The translations under genes and the position numbers were made by a program. Below are positions 27,243-45,344 of a stretch of 64,000 nucleotides of DNA, piece after piece. The notes beneath the pieces were generated by a model. That model made no database searches and was not told the DNA's origin. It was given only the letters and a program-made list of their open reading frames with translations. The DNA comes from the human T2T-CHM13v2.0 reference genome, Homo sapiens. Every line of letters begins with the position of its first letter. The stretch's first letter is position 1. The stretch is from the NCBI RefSeq assembly GCF_009914755.1, contig NC_060934.1. One strand, given 5' to 3'.

Positions 27243-28209
27243 GAAAACCTTCCTTGAAAATCACCAAGTTTTCTTTATTAAAAGGTAATTTTATTGTTCT
27301 GTGATGGATAAAATTATCTTGAAAAATACTCAATGTCAGATGTACTTTTATGGGATTTTGTTTTTATACATGTACCCTGCTAATAATTTTGCAAAAACAT
27401 GATCTTACAACATTAGAGTGGAATGTCCTAATTCAGATGAATAGAATATAAATAGTGAAACACAAATTTGGAAAGTCCTGAGTTATACAAATGGAAAACA
27501 AACTTAACAGTTGAGGACTGTTTACTTTCTCTAATATTAACGTTGTGGCAGAATAAACTCTGTGTTAATTCAGGTTTGTGGAATTGTTGCAATGCATTGT
27601 TTTCTGACCATCTAAGAAAGTGTAATTTTGACCTACTACAGCTATAGCTTTCTTTTTTATGCACTCTCTTGAAGAATAAATGCAAAAGCTCAAAAGATAA
27701 CAACATAAATAGGGTATATAAAAAAAAAAAGAAAACCACCTAAATCATTCTTTTTCTTCTTTAACAAAAAGACCACAAGCCAGTGCAATCTCAGCAATAA
27801 GAATTTTACCTTGAAGGAAAAGTTGGAGTCATGGAACACTGCTGCTACTTTAAAGTATCTAATGTAACCATTAAAACAACTACATGGAAGAAGTACTTTA
27901 CAGATTAGAACACCTTGAAACAGACAGTTGTGATATATTTCATAAATTATCACAACTGAAACAAGTTGCGACAGTATTCACATAGAACAGCTTTTTTCTC
28001 TCCTGAGTAAACTGTAATCCTGTAGTGAAAATAACCCCTATTGGTGATGGATCTAAAAATAGGTCTCCCATTATGCAGCAAAATTTTTGATTAATAATTC
28101 CATGTCCACTAATCTGCCTCCAATAGCATTAAGGAAAATTTGGTATGCTTTTTCTCTAATAGATTACAAAATTTTCACTTGTTGAACACTTTTAAAAGTC
28201 AAACAATAA

Positions 28210-28455
28210 AGCTAATATTTATTAAGAAGTCACTGCATACTAGACAATTTTTATTTATGCATTACCTTTCTTATTTTTGACAACTATCTTGCATGTTAGA
28301 TATAATTGTTAAACCTATTTAAGTAATAACCAAAATCAAGGCTTGGGAAAGGTGTTTGTAAACTAAATCACTCTAATGGTCAGCAAGTGGAAAACTAAGA
28401 TATGTAACCCAGCCTACTTGGCATGCAAGACCATGCCACTTCCCACCATATAATA
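28210..28455 (-). mobile_element. MIR
   Basis: aatatttattaag...tcaaggcttgggaaagg...aagtggaaaactaagatatgtaacccag...accatgccacttcccaccata. Confidence 0.55.
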
Positions 28456-29199
28456 GTATATTCATGTTGCGTTGAAGGTTAAAAAAGTGAATATTACCAA
28501 TTTTCTACATTAACAAAATTCAAGATCAGATGTGTGTGCATTAACTATGAAATTGGGTAAAAATAAGTAAAAACTATAAGAAATATATAGGAAGTATAAG
28601 GAGCATCCAGACAGAAGAGAAATAGCTGGTATTTCAGGAGGTCAGAGATCTTACTACAGTACATTACACTGAATGGAAGGAGTACTGACACACTGAGCAG
28701 AAAGTAGCATCATTTTAATAACAAAAAAACTTCATAAATACAAATTTATATTTTTGAATCATTAAACTCTAAAATTAGCTTCAGGGAGAAAAAATAAAAT
28801 CTTAGTAATTTTCTGAAGTATGTATATTTGGCAGGATGCCAACTTCTAAAGTTTTTAGATGAGTTTTCCTGAGTTAGCTAATAGGGAGTTTCACAGGTGA
28901 GAATCTGTCTCCATCTCTGACTTTGCATACTCCAGCATGGCCTCAGATATTATGTAATTCTCAAAATATAAGTTATTGTATTCCACTTAATTTAAATAAT
29001 ATTTACTTATACCATTTAAAGGAATGTTAAGTATCAAAAGGAAAACAATGAGAAGATGTCTCCCTTTCAAATCGGCTGGGAAGAGTTATGCCTGACAATT
29101 TGCTGCCTCTCAATTGCAGCTGTTAGGCTCAAGTCAGGATCAGAAGACTTAAGTCCAAATAAGATTGTTGGAACACATATGTTTTTCTTTTTTTGTATA

Positions 29200-29410
29200 A
29201 TAATCACATATGTTAGTATTAGCAAATTCTGTAAATTCTGCCTTCAAAATATACTCTCTACCATGAATAAGCCCTGTCGATTCTATCTTCAAAATACTCT
29301 CTCCAAATTTCCAAAGAGCTTGCTTACTTGAGTTTTTGGGTGTCTGCTCAAAATATCACCTTTACAAAGGGGTAATTACTGGCCATCTAACTAAAATTAG
29401 TACCTTCACA
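29200..29410 (+). mobile_element. L2 fragment
   Basis: gcaaattctgtaaattctgccttcaaaatatactc; gtctgctcaaaatatcacctt. Confidence 0.55.
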
Positions 29411-29415
29411 ACACT

Positions 29416-29704
29416 CGTCTTCGCCCATTTTGTGTTGCTATAAAGGAAGGTGCAGGGAGGGATGTGTACAGAGATCACATGGCAAGACAGAAAGCAAGAG
29501 AAAGAGGGGAGGGAGGTACCAGGCTCTTTTTAACAATCAAATCTGGGGGAACTAATTGAGTGAAAGCTCACCCGAAGGAAGGGCATTAATTTACTCATGA
29601 GGGATCCACTCTGACCCAAACACCTCCCTTTATGCCCCATCTTCAACATAGGGGACCAAGTTTCCACACTAGGTTGGGAAAAGACAAACATCCAAACCAT
29701 AGCA
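29416..29704 (-). mobile_element. MaLR solo LTR (MSTB-like) with internal deletion
   Basis: gtcttcgcccattttgtgttgctataaaggaa...gagatcacatggcaagac...ccaggctctttttaacaa...catgagggatccac...acaaacatccaaaccatagca. Confidence 0.85.
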
Positions 29705-29862
29705 ACACTACATTCTAATCTCTTACCTGCTTTTTATTTCTAACTGTTATTATTTATCAAAACTTGCAACAATATTATAACAGATAAGATGCCCAATTAT
29801 TAAGGTATCACATTATTTGAGGAAAACATTTTTAGATGTACCTGTATTGTTAAAAATGTATA

Positions 29863-30194
29863 CAGGTTAAGCATACCTAAACTAAAAATCCAAAATGTGA
29901 AACTTTTTGAGTCCTGGTATGATGCCATAAGTGGAAAATCCTACACCTGACCTTGTAAAATAGGTTGCAGTTAAAACTTTGTTCCATAAGCAAATTCTTT
30001 ACAATATTGTACACAATTACTTTCAGGCTGTGTATAAAAGGTGTAAGTGAAGGATAAATGAATTTCGTGTTTAAACTTGGGTCTCATCACCAAGATATCT
30101 CATTATGTATATGCAAATATGCCAAATTAAAAAAGAAAATCAAAATTCAAAACACTTTGGTCCCAAGCCTTTTGGATAAGTGATACACAACCTG
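29863..30194. mobile_element. TcMar-Tigger MITE (Tigger4b/MER46B-like)
   Basis: TIRs caggttaagcatacctaa ... ggataagtgatacacaacctg, preceded by TA; internal gtggaaaatcctacacctgacct and aagatatctcattatgtatatgcaaatat. Confidence 0.85.
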
Positions 30195-30429
30195 TTCTGA
30201 AATAATATGGTCCCAAACAATCACAAAGCAGTAGCTTCCTAACTTATCTCTATCCACTTCCCTTCTCTTTGAAAATCATAATTTTAGCCAGCCCTTATTG
30301 GAGAACAGAATTAGGCAAACTGGCAATCAACTGCCAGTTGCACTATATCTGAATAACAGTCATCTCAGGTGAATATTTCTGGGTTTTACTTCATTCGACA
30401 GTTATGTATTCAATTATTTGTTGGCTTTA

Positions 30430-30550
30430 ATCCCACACTACAATGTAGGCTCCATGAGGACAAGAACTTTGCTTGGTTCACTGCTTAATATCCAGTGCAA
30501 TAACAGTAGAGGCTCAATAAGTACATGCTAAAACAATTACTGGATTGATT
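30430..30550 (+). mobile_element. L2 3' end
   Basis: ctacaatgtaggctccatgaggacaag...gttcactgc...ggctcaataagta. Confidence 0.7.
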
Positions 30551-32064
30551 TGATTGCTATGGAATATGCTAGGGTGTGACTTATGTTTCTAAGAGGACTT
30601 CAGAGGGCCCCGGGCACTTTCCCTACCCACAAAATGCTTGTAGATTTTAGAAAAGTTGCCTTTGAGAATAGAAAAAGAGGCCTCTTAGTCATGGACAGAG
30701 TTTAAAAAAGCATCTGAAGTATGAGACAAAGCAGCAGTCAAATGAGTCATTTCTAGAATAGCATCTCTCATTCCATCATCATGCAGTGAGCTTCCAACAC
30801 TAGATTCATGTTCTTCTGATAATGTCATTTTTAAATTGACAATGATTGGAAATATTCCAAGAATATTCTCTTTTACTTAGGAAGTTAAAATGGAATGGAA
30901 AAAAATGTCCCAAATGTTGCCATGCATATAAAATATAATCTACCCAAAGAAAGAGCAAAGGACTGATATTTGACCACTGCGTACTTGGAAAGTACAGTTC
31001 CAAAAGAAACAATGAAAAAACATATAGAAAAAAATCAGGTGGATTGATATATTGTTTGGCTTTGGAAAATTTTAAACATGAAAAAATAATAATCCCACCA
31101 TACTTGATATGCTTAATGCTTACTTATCAAACCAATGTTAAAATCTGTAGGATTTTCCTTCCAAGCACTCTTGCATTCAAAATATAACTAAAGAGCATTG
31201 CAATTACATTTACTCAAAGAAATAGATTCTGTAGATTGTCCCTGATTATCTTCTTTCCTCACTTATTGTGCTGCCTCTCCCCTCGTGCCTTTACAGACTA
31301 AGAAAAAAATCCAGTTTTATTTCATATTTCTGACCTTCATGATGGTGTTGGCCCCATAATATGATACTTCTTCGACAAATAAAACATGTGAAGTGCCAAG
31401 GTTATGTTATATTTTAATACAGTAAAATGTAAGCAATAATACCTTAATTATTTGTGTGTACTAGTATATTACCCACTGTTGGAATAGGAAATCAGACTTA
31501 GCTAGTACAGATACCCCTACCTCCTCCCCAACAGATACTAAACATAAGAATATAATCATCATTCATTTTTGGGCATGAATATCTTTTTTTCCTCCTAGAT
31601 AGGAGAAAAGCATTTGGTTGTAAAAGAGACATGAAGGACAGAAGTTGAGTATGGTATGGCTTGAATGTATGGTATGGCTTCCTTTCAGTGTGACTCCTCA
31701 GGCTGGGTTTGAGCAACTGTGGTTAAATAATGAAGGACAGAACTCAAGCATACTATTTGCATATGAGACAGCATAAGGGTAAGGACAAGGATTTGTGAAT
31801 CAGAAGTCAAAAGACTGTTCAAAAGTGAATTATTAGATTCTGGTCATAAGCAGGACCGCTTCAGTGACTTAAGGATATAGCCTGGCAAGGATGGAAAATG
31901 GTCATTCTTTCTATGCCTGTCCAGAATTCATTGGTAGCTTCTATCTCTGTGGATTATAAATTTTGGGTGCATGGTAGAAACAAAGTGCTTGGCACAAACA
32001 CTTGTGATTTCGCAAGAGATGCCATCATTTAGTGTTCTTAATGTGGCTTTTTTGATCTCATATG

Positions 32065-32192
32065 TTAATTAGAATGTAATAGCTATGAGGGTAAGTGATG
32101 TGCCTATTGTGTTTACCACTCTAGTCAGGTGCCTAGCACCATGCTCAGGCCAGAATATCTCCTTGATAAATATCAGTAAACAAATGAATGAA
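32065..32192 (+). mobile_element. L2 3' end
   Basis: tagaatgtaatagctatgagggtaag...gtgcctagcaccatgc...ataaatatcagtaaacaaatgaatgaa. Confidence 0.7.
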
Positions 32193-32255
32193 GTGCAAGT
32201 AGAAAATACTACTTAAGTGCTCTTCCTGGCCTGACTGGTACTATGTACTAAGGCA

Positions 32256-34327
32256 CTAATTAAGAAACATAAAGTGGCTGAATAGATAAAACACACAAGA
32301 CCAAACTATATGCTATCTACAAGAAATTTACTTCACCTGTAAGGACACAAATAGACTGAAATTGACAGATGGAAAAAATATTCCATACAAATGGAAACCA
32401 AAAAGTAGCAGGAGTAACTATACTTATATCAAATAAAATGGACTTTAAGTAAAAAAACTATAAAAAGATGGAAAAGACCACAGGTCAATAGAGAAAGAGG
32501 AAATAATAAATGTAAAAATACATGTATCCAATATTGATGCACCTAAATACATGAAGCAAATGTTAATAGACCAAATGGAGAGCTAGAATGCAATGCAGTG
32601 ATAGTATGAGACTTCAGCATCCCACTGTTCTGCAATGGATTGATCATTCACACAGAAACTCAACAAAGAAATATAGAATTTAAAATGGACTCTAGACTAA
32701 ATGGACCCAACAGATATTTAAAAAACATTCCATCCAACATCTGCAGGATACGTGAAAATTAACCAGCATAACTTGAAATACTGATGGGTCAATCAATAAA
32801 TTTTAAAATAAATTTAAAAATTCCTGAGATGAATGAAAATGGAAACACAATATACCAAAACCTATAATGAAACAGAGTATAAGCAGTTCTAAAAAAAGAA
32901 GTTTACAGTAATAAACATCTACATGAAAGAAGTAGAAAGATTTCAACTAAAGGAGCTAATGTTGTACCTCAAGAACCTAGAAAAACAACAACAAACCAAA
33001 CACAAAATTAGGAGAAGGAAATAAATAATAAAGATTAGAGAAGAAAAAAACTAAATAGATAAGAAAAATATAAAAAACAGTGAGATAAAGAGTTGGGCTT
33101 TTAAGAGCTAAAAAGTTGACAAATCTTTAACAACATTAAGAAAAAAGAGACAAGACTCAAATAAATTCAGGCGCGAAAAAGGAGATGTTACAACTGATAT
33201 CACAGAATTAAAAAGATCATTAAATAATATTATTAACAACCATACACCAACAAATTGGAAAACCTAGGGGATATGGACAAATTCTTAGACACATGTAATC
33301 TACCAAAATTGAATCACAAAGATAAAAAAAAAAAAAAACTTTAACAAACTAATAATGATTAATGAGATTAAATCAGTAACAAAGAGTCTCCCATAAGAGA
33401 AAAGTCCAGGATCTGATGAAGATCCTGGACTCAGTTCTACTAAACATTCAAGGAAGAAAAAATACCAATTATTCTAAAACTATTCAAAAATATTAGAGTG
33501 GAAAGAATTCTTCCAAACCCATTATATGAGGTCAGCATTACTCTGCTACCAAAATCAGATAGGGATGCAACATAAAAAGATAACTTCAGACAAATAAACC
33601 TGATGAACATGCATGTAAAATTCCTCAACAAAATCCAAGCCAACTAAATCCAAGAGAACATCAAAAAGGTCATTCAGTAATATCAGGTGGGGTTTATCCC
33701 AGCAATGCAAAGATGATTCAACATATGCAAATCAATAAACATGATATATTATATCAACAGAGTGAAGGACAAAAACCATATGATTATCTCAATAGAAGAA
33801 GAAAAAGCATTTGATAAAAATCAACATCCCTTATGATAACATCTATAACATCCCTTTATAATAAATATTCCCAACTAATTATTTATAGGAGGAACATATC
33901 TCAGCACAATAAAGGCTGCACATGACAAACCCACAACTAACATTATACCGAATGAGGAAATGTTAAAAGTTTTACTTCTGAAATCTAGACTAAGCCAATG
34001 ATGACTATTTTCACCACTTTTCTTCAACATAGTACTAGATGTCATAGCCTGAGCAATTAGGCAAAAGAAATAAGTAAATTGGAAAGAAGAAAGTCAAATT
34101 ATCCCTCTTTGCAGACAGCATGATCTTTATATGTATAGAATACCCTACAGATTCCACCAAAAAAAGGGTCAAGACTAATAAATGAATTCAGTAAAGTTAC
34201 AGGATACAAACTCACCATACAATAATTAGTAGCATTTATATATGCCAGTAACAAACTACATGACAAAGAAATCAAGAGATTAATCTCATTTACAATAGCT
34301 GCAAAAGACCTGTAAGAATAAATTTAA
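32256..34327 (+). mobile_element. Host L1 (L1MA/L1PB age), ORF2 endonuclease-RT portion, left part; non-functional
   Basis: ORF2 start region (gtggctgaatagataaa...atatgctatctacaagaa) and RT text (gcatttgataaaaatcaacatccc; tttgcagacagcatgatc), with many stops and deletions. Confidence 0.9.
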
Positions 34328-38690
<4,363 letters not shown>

Positions 38691-40230
38691 AGGATAAAAT
38701 TTATAAAAGTTGTCTATAAAAATTATAAAAGATCTCTACTATTACAAAATCCAAAACATATATGAAAATATGGAAGAGAATACAAACAAATGGAAAGTCA
38801 TCCTATCTTCATCCTATGAAGTGGAAGAATTAATATTGTTAAAATGTTCATACTACCAAAAGAAATATACAAATTCAATGCTATCCCTAACAAAATACCA
38901 AGACATTATTCATAAAAATGGAAAAATAATCCTAAAATATGTATGGAACCATGGAAGACCCCAGATAGCCAAAGCAGCCTTGAGCAAAAAGAACAAAGAG
39001 ACAGCAAACTACCTGACTTCAAGAAACACTATATAGTCATAATAAACAAGACAGCAAGTTACTGGCATAAAAACAGACACCAGAGAAACAGAATAGGGAA
39101 CCCAGATATAAATTCTTGCATTTACAGCCAACTGATTTTTGCCAAAGGCACCAAGAACACACACTGGGGTAAGGGCAGTCTCTTTAATAAATTGTGCTTG
39201 GAAAATGTGATGGCCACAGGCAAAAGAATAAAACTAGACCCCTGTCTCTTACCATATACAAAAATCAATTCGAAATGAATAAGAGTTAAATCTAACACCC
39301 AAAACTCTGAAACTACTAGAAAAAAATAACATAGGAAAACACTTCATGATATTGTTCTGGGGAAGGATTTTTTTGTCAAGACCTCAAAAGAATAGGCAAC
39401 AAAAGCAAAAATAGGCAAATGGGATTTTGTCAATCCACAAAGCCTCTGCCCAGCAAAGGAAACAATCATCAGAATGAAAAGATAATTTAAAGAATGGGAG
39501 AAAATGTTTGCAAACTATGTATCTGACAAATGATTCATGTTTAGAATGTATAAGGACCATAACTCAATAGCAAAAAAATCCTAATAATCCTGTTGAAAAC
39601 TGGGTGAAAGATCTGAATAGATATTTTTCAACAGAAGATATGCAATTAGCCAATAAGTGTCACATTTATGACTAGTGTGCCATTATTGGAATGCTAAGTG
39701 TGTGGGAGTTATTTATATCCCACTGCTTAAGGTCATCACCAAGGTCTGATTGCAAAAATTCAAACAATTGCAACCTCAGGCATAAATGGGTTAAAAACAT
39801 GCTCATCATCACAAACATCAGGAAAGCACACATCAAATGAGACATTATTTCACCTTAGTTAGAATAACTATTACCAAAAAGACAAAAAAATAACAAATAT
39901 TGGCAAGAATGTGGAGAAAGGAAAGCTCTTGGGAATGTAAACTAGTAGAGCCATTATGGAAAACAGTATGGAGGTTCCTCAAAAAATTAAGTATGTAACT
40001 ATCATATGATCCACAAATCCCACTGCTGTATATATATGCCAAGGATTTAACACAGGTATGTCAAGGAGGCGCCTGCAATCCACGTTTAGTATAGCCATTA
40101 TGGAAAAACCATATGGAGGTTCCTCAAAAAATTAAATATAGAACTACCATACAATCCAGTAATTCCACTACTAGGCATTTATCCAAGGAAACTATATCAG
40201 TATATTGAAGAGATACTTGCATTCCAATGT
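38691..40230 (+). mobile_element. Host L1 (L1MA/L1PB age), ORF2 C-terminal/3' portion, right part
   Basis: Resumes ORF2 where the left part stopped (aaagatctctac...aaacaaatggaaag). ORF remnants WNHGRPQIAKAALSKKNK and SLFNKLCLEN...LDPCLLPYTKINSK. Confidence 0.9.
39661..39790 (+). mobile_element. MER85 piggyBac MITE (PGBD3-derived)
   Basis: 130 bp; TIRs cacatttatgact / aggcataaatggg followed by TTAA (39791-39794); internal gtgccattattggaatgctaag, gggagttatttatatcc, aaggtctgattgcaaaaattc. It interrupts the host L1 text gccaataag...aaaacatgctc. Confidence 0.9.
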
Positions 40231-40622
40231 GATTTATGATAAACACTTGCTTTCCTTTTGGGGTCTGGAACTTCGATAACCATAGTCAGTCACATAGACT
40301 TTACATCCCTACAGAACCAATCCGTAATAAAAATCCTGTATTTCTAGGCTAGGTGAGTTTCCCTGTCAAAAAACACTTTGCACATGTTGTCAAAACTTAC
40401 TGATGGATGAATTAAGTGTGTGCTTTGCAATTCTACTGGGAGGGCACTCCTGGAAACTTGTGCCTAATGTGCTCTAGTTATGCCCCATTTATTCCTTTGC
40501 TGCTTCTGTTTTGTATTCTTTCACTGTAATAAATTGTAACTGTGAATACAATGACGACCATTTCTTGTGGGTTATATTATCAAATCACCAAACGTGAGGG
40601 TGATCCTGGGGATACCTTCCAT
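40231..40622 (+). mobile_element. ERVL LTR 3' part (MER21/MER68/MER77 group)
   Basis: aataaaaatcctg...ggctaggtgagtttccctg...cacatgttgtca...ctgggagggcactcctggaaacttgtgcct...ctgtaataaat...gagggtgatcctgggga. Confidence 0.75.
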
Positions 40623-41051
40623 AATAGTTTTTAACCTAAAAAATAAATGAAGGAAACAAGAAATAAAAAGCAAATACAGTTACTCAATAGTGAAAAGAGT
40701 AATCAACCAAATATATCTATTTATATCATTTTGCAAATTTTTTCTATATGTATGAGTTGAAGAATTTTTTACATACAACATATGTATTCTTCAAATCAGA
40801 AATGCTTCAAACCATAGCCATAGAGAAAATATAATAATTTATATGTTGTACATTTTATATTAATAACTAAAATATGTAGGTTAGTTTTATAAAAACACAC
40901 AATAAAATTATGCTTTTTTTCTGGAGACATGAATTAGTCTTGTCCATATAGGGTCCTTGGAAAGAGGTAATGAACATTGATTCCTTTCATTCCAGAATGC
41001 TATTAAGATGAAACTCCCTAGGCTTGTATAGGCTCATAGTTTTGCTGAATC

Positions 41052-41192
41052 TTTTTTATTTTATTATGTTTTTTAGAGATTGGAGTCTTTCTATGTTGAT
41101 CAGGCTCATCTCAAACTCCTGGCCTCAAGTCATCCTCCTGCCTCTGCCTTCAGAGTCACTGAGATTACAAGTGTGATTCACTGCACCTGGCT
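41052..41192 (-). mobile_element. FLAM_C / AluJ left monomer
   Basis: T-tail, then agagattggagtctttctatgttg...ctcctggcctcaagtcatcctcctgcctc...gattacaagtgtg...cacctggc. Confidence 0.88.
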
Positions 41193-44100
41193 TGTTGGAG
41201 CTTACAGTCTTATTAATCAATGCTTCTAAACAGAGGCCTCTTCTCACTGCTCATTTCCCTTTAAGCAGTTTTACTATGTATCAAGAACCAATATTTTATG
41301 GGGCAGAAAATCTCCCTACCTACTAAAACTTCAACATTTCCACAAAATGCCTGTACTTCATGCTTGACTTAAATGGAAGATATTTTTTCTTTTCCTCATA
41401 AAATAGAAGTTTATTTTTAAATCTATACAAATTATAATGACATTTGGGTACAGTCATTTACAGTATAAAGACATCCTGCTTACTGTCATTTGAACTATTT
41501 ATATGATATTTATAAGCCAAATGCCTTCTACATTTATGATTACATTGTTTGACCAATTATTCTGATATTTATGGGTCCTCATTATTGCTTCAGTGGAATA
41601 CTTATTCACCCACATTCAGAGCATTGAAACTTAGCTGACAGCTTTTATTTACATCAGCTTTGATATCTTCCACTTTCACCCACTTCTGGGGCACAATCTC
41701 ATAAGCACAACTGAGGTTTGTCATCATCAGATTCTTTCAACTTCATTTACAGTCACCATTTTTCTTTCTTACCATCTCCCTGAATTCTAAAACTCTCGCA
41801 CATCCATTTATCAAGTATATAACAACACTCAAAGAATCCACCCATTTCCTTTGTGTGTTTATTTCCTTTCCTTCCTTCATTCTCTACCTCTCATAGCATC
41901 TATCTGAGGCACATCTATTTAAGCATTTTATAGCCAGCAGTCACAACTTTCTTATTTGTCTCACTGCTGAATATACTCTGACAATAGCCTGCTTAAATCC
42001 AGCTGTCATTCCACTTTTGATTACTGCTAGAGTGCTACTATGAAATTTGATGGCACAATAACATGCAATATTTAATTTCAGTTGGCTACTTATTAGATTT
42101 TCCTATAAATCACCAATAGCATATATTTGAGTATTGAAAACACACATGTATAGCATCTATTGCCAGAGCCTACATGTCTTTTAGAGTCTGTTCTGTGATA
42201 ATGACTATACCTATCACATTGTAATTTTAATTATGACACTTGTCTTCATGACTGTATATAATTAAGCCTATACTCAAGTTAAAAAGAGGTGAACATAAGA
42301 TTTTAATAAATTCAAAGTCATAATCAATAAGATATTTAATTTTAGAGAGAGAATGGTTAGCCTTCAGATTTATTTAAAATATAGTTAGGTTCAGTCCTGC
42401 AGGAATGATCAAATCTAATGTGCAATTTATTTTATGGTGGCTAATATCAAGGTAAAGGTAACATTTCCAAATAAAACACTGCCAATTTATGCTTAGATTT
42501 TAAATACATTGTAATTTTCTCCAACTCACAAACATCCCACCCACCATTTTAAAATTGGTATTAAGTGTATATTTTCTTTAAAGTCCACAATTTAAAATGT
42601 GGCTTTACACTTTTTTAATCAAAACATTTTAATTATTTTGGCTAAAGTTTATTTTAAGATGTTCTTAGACGTGAGGCTCATTTTCTCAATAAACAACAAT
42701 TGATTACTACTTATGAGAGTGTCTACAGTGTAGTGCCTTAAGGAATTATCTAAACAGAACAGCCGTTAGTACATTAGCAGAACATAGCCTATTATCAATC
42801 AATGCATAGCAAGTTAGGTAGTCATGTCAAATTTCTTTGGCAGAGGAACTGAACTGGAGATTTTCATTACAGGCAGAGGAAAGGTAATTGATTTTGACTT
42901 TGGACATTTCAAATAAATATCAGATAGTTCATTTCTGTTGATGTAGCTATTTTTCAGACCATTATTATTAATTAAGTATTAAATTACATATATACCCCAA
43001 TTTGAATTTTTTTCCTAGAATTATCAGAGCCAATTAGGATAAAAGCTGAAAAAGAAACTTAGTTTCATCTGCTTTTGGAATAATTTTACATAAAGAAGAA
43101 CAACAGTTATTGAATCATCATCACCAATTTAAAATTATCATGAGAAGTATAAAACAGTTACCTAGAAATTCAAAGTTGCCAATGGAGAAATATTTGCCTC
43201 ATACTGGTGAGCATTTACAGCCTAAAAAGTTTGTTTTTAAGCTAAAATGTTATCCAGCAATGCATTAAGAAACACACTAGAATAATATTCAGAAAGTAAA
43301 TGCAATAAAAAGTGTTGTAATCTTTCTTTTAAAGTGATATTTCAAGAAGTTTAGTACCACCAAAAAAAAGGTAGTGTTGTATAAGACATTAGCACTAATA
43401 TATTCAAATCAAACTGAATATTATGATTTAATTATAAAAAATTATTTTCCATATACTCAACTCAATATAAATCAATTATTTAAGAGACATATACAACTTG
43501 AAATACTTAAACCACCATCACTTTTATTTTCTTTTAAAAGAAAAATAATTACCTACAGAGGCAAGTTTATAAATTTAGTTATAAGATTAAAAGTCAATGC
43601 ATTACCTATCTTTCAACATTCTCTAAAAATTGTCATTTAAATAGTGATTACAGAGTTTTATTTCTGCCAATAGTAAATGTGTCAGAAATATAACAGGTTA
43701 GTCTTACCATACCAGCAGTTAGAAAATTACCTCTGTCTTAATATACCATAAAATTTTATTTAAAAGCCATTGAGAAGGAATAAATATGGAATCCTATTAT
43801 TTAATTTTTATATTCACTTTTTCAGAGAATATCTTCACTTTAAAATATGTGTTTTTAAATTTTCTAGGCAGTACTTAGCTTCCTAATGTAAAATTCACTT
43901 CCCACTGTTACCCCATGAATAATTCTGGTATGGAAAGCTACCTCAGTAAATCTCTCATACATCTCAAGTAAGAAGTACTTCCATTTGTATCTGCTTATCC
44001 AAGAGAGATGAGTAGTTAACATCGAGTATTGCTGTAAGAATTCCTAAAGCTCATATTTAAACACAGACAGCAAACACATGGTCTTCTATTTTTCTGCCAC

Positions 44101-44399
44101 CTCTAAAGCATCAAAATATTATACTGGCTTGGGTAGTAAATATTATGCAATGCATTAGGTTATTCTGGTATCAATTTCAATATACACAAATAATGGCTCA
44201 AACAAGTAAACAATTTTAAAAAACCAACACTTTATGTGAAATGTGGAAAATTAATGACTCCCCAATGTAAAAGAAATTAAAGCAAAGGAACTTAGAAAGA
44301 AGTGTCCAAGTTTAAAAATAAACTAAAAGTTTACCGAAAACTCAAAAATTGTTTTTCTACCTAAAGACCTGCTTTTACCCATGAAGTTTTAACTGTTAT

Positions 44400-45335
44400 A
44401 AAACTTGTCCACCCAAAACAAACAGAAAAAAAAATTTGAAAAATAAACAAAGCAACAATTTACAGACATTGGACAACAAGCAGCAGAGGACTGTCATGCA
44501 TGTAAAAAGGGAAATAAACAGAAAGTGTTCTATATAATCCTAGTTTTCTGTCAGGAGGCAATTTAGCAACTACAATTCAGAAAGAAAACACTAACTGAAT
44601 CAAAGGTTTTGCCACACTTAGGAGGCAGAGATCAGAGTTGAGGGACACTAAGGTTCCTAGAATTTGCAAGACGGAGAAATGAAGAAGAGGAAGCTATAAA
44701 GAGACAGAGTTCCACAAAGAGCTTCAGACACACAGCCATGAGTCTATGGTTGAGTAACAATCTGCACACAAAACTCCATGAGTCTGGGCAAGGAACAATT
44801 GATAAAGAAAATTCACCATGAATGTATAAGCTAAATAATTTTATTTTCTCACAAAGTGCTGCAAATCTTTTGAGTATCCACTAGCCAGTAAAGTGACATC
44901 ATTGAATATATGCGGATTGTCCTAGGGACCTCAGAAGAGCCACATATTTGTAGTGGAGCTACTTAGCCCTAGAGTAAAGGCTACTCTAGACTTTACTTTA
45001 GAAAGCTAAAAAACGTACATTGAAAACAATTAAGTTGATGTGGATAATATCAGTCTAACCTATGTCTAATTCTATTGTCTAGGCAGGCATGTGTGGAAGA
45101 CAGAAAAAAATATTTAAATAAATGACAGCTGAGAAATTACCACATTTAATAGAAAGCATAACACAATGGTTCCAAGAAGGTCAATAAAGCTTAAGGAAGA
45201 TAAACACAAATAAAATCACGTTAAAGCATGTCATAATGAAGTTGTTATAAGCCAGATAAAAAGCCAATTTAAAGCCTTCAAAATACATATTACATTCAGA
45301 GGAAGAAAGATAAGAACAATTACAAGAACAATTAT
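44400..45335 (+). mobile_element. Old L1 (L1MC/L1MD) 5' region and ORF1 pieces; host of the next element
   Basis: cagacattggacaacaagcagcagaggactg; ggaggcagagatcagagtt; agccctagagtaaaggctactctagac; ORF1 text up to cattcagaggaagaaagataagaa. Confidence 0.65.
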
Positions 45336-45344
45336 TGATCCTAT

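Noticed and set aside
41560-42100. Possible ancient L2 ORF remnant
   Set aside because: C/T-rich texture only; too decayed to call without an HMM search.
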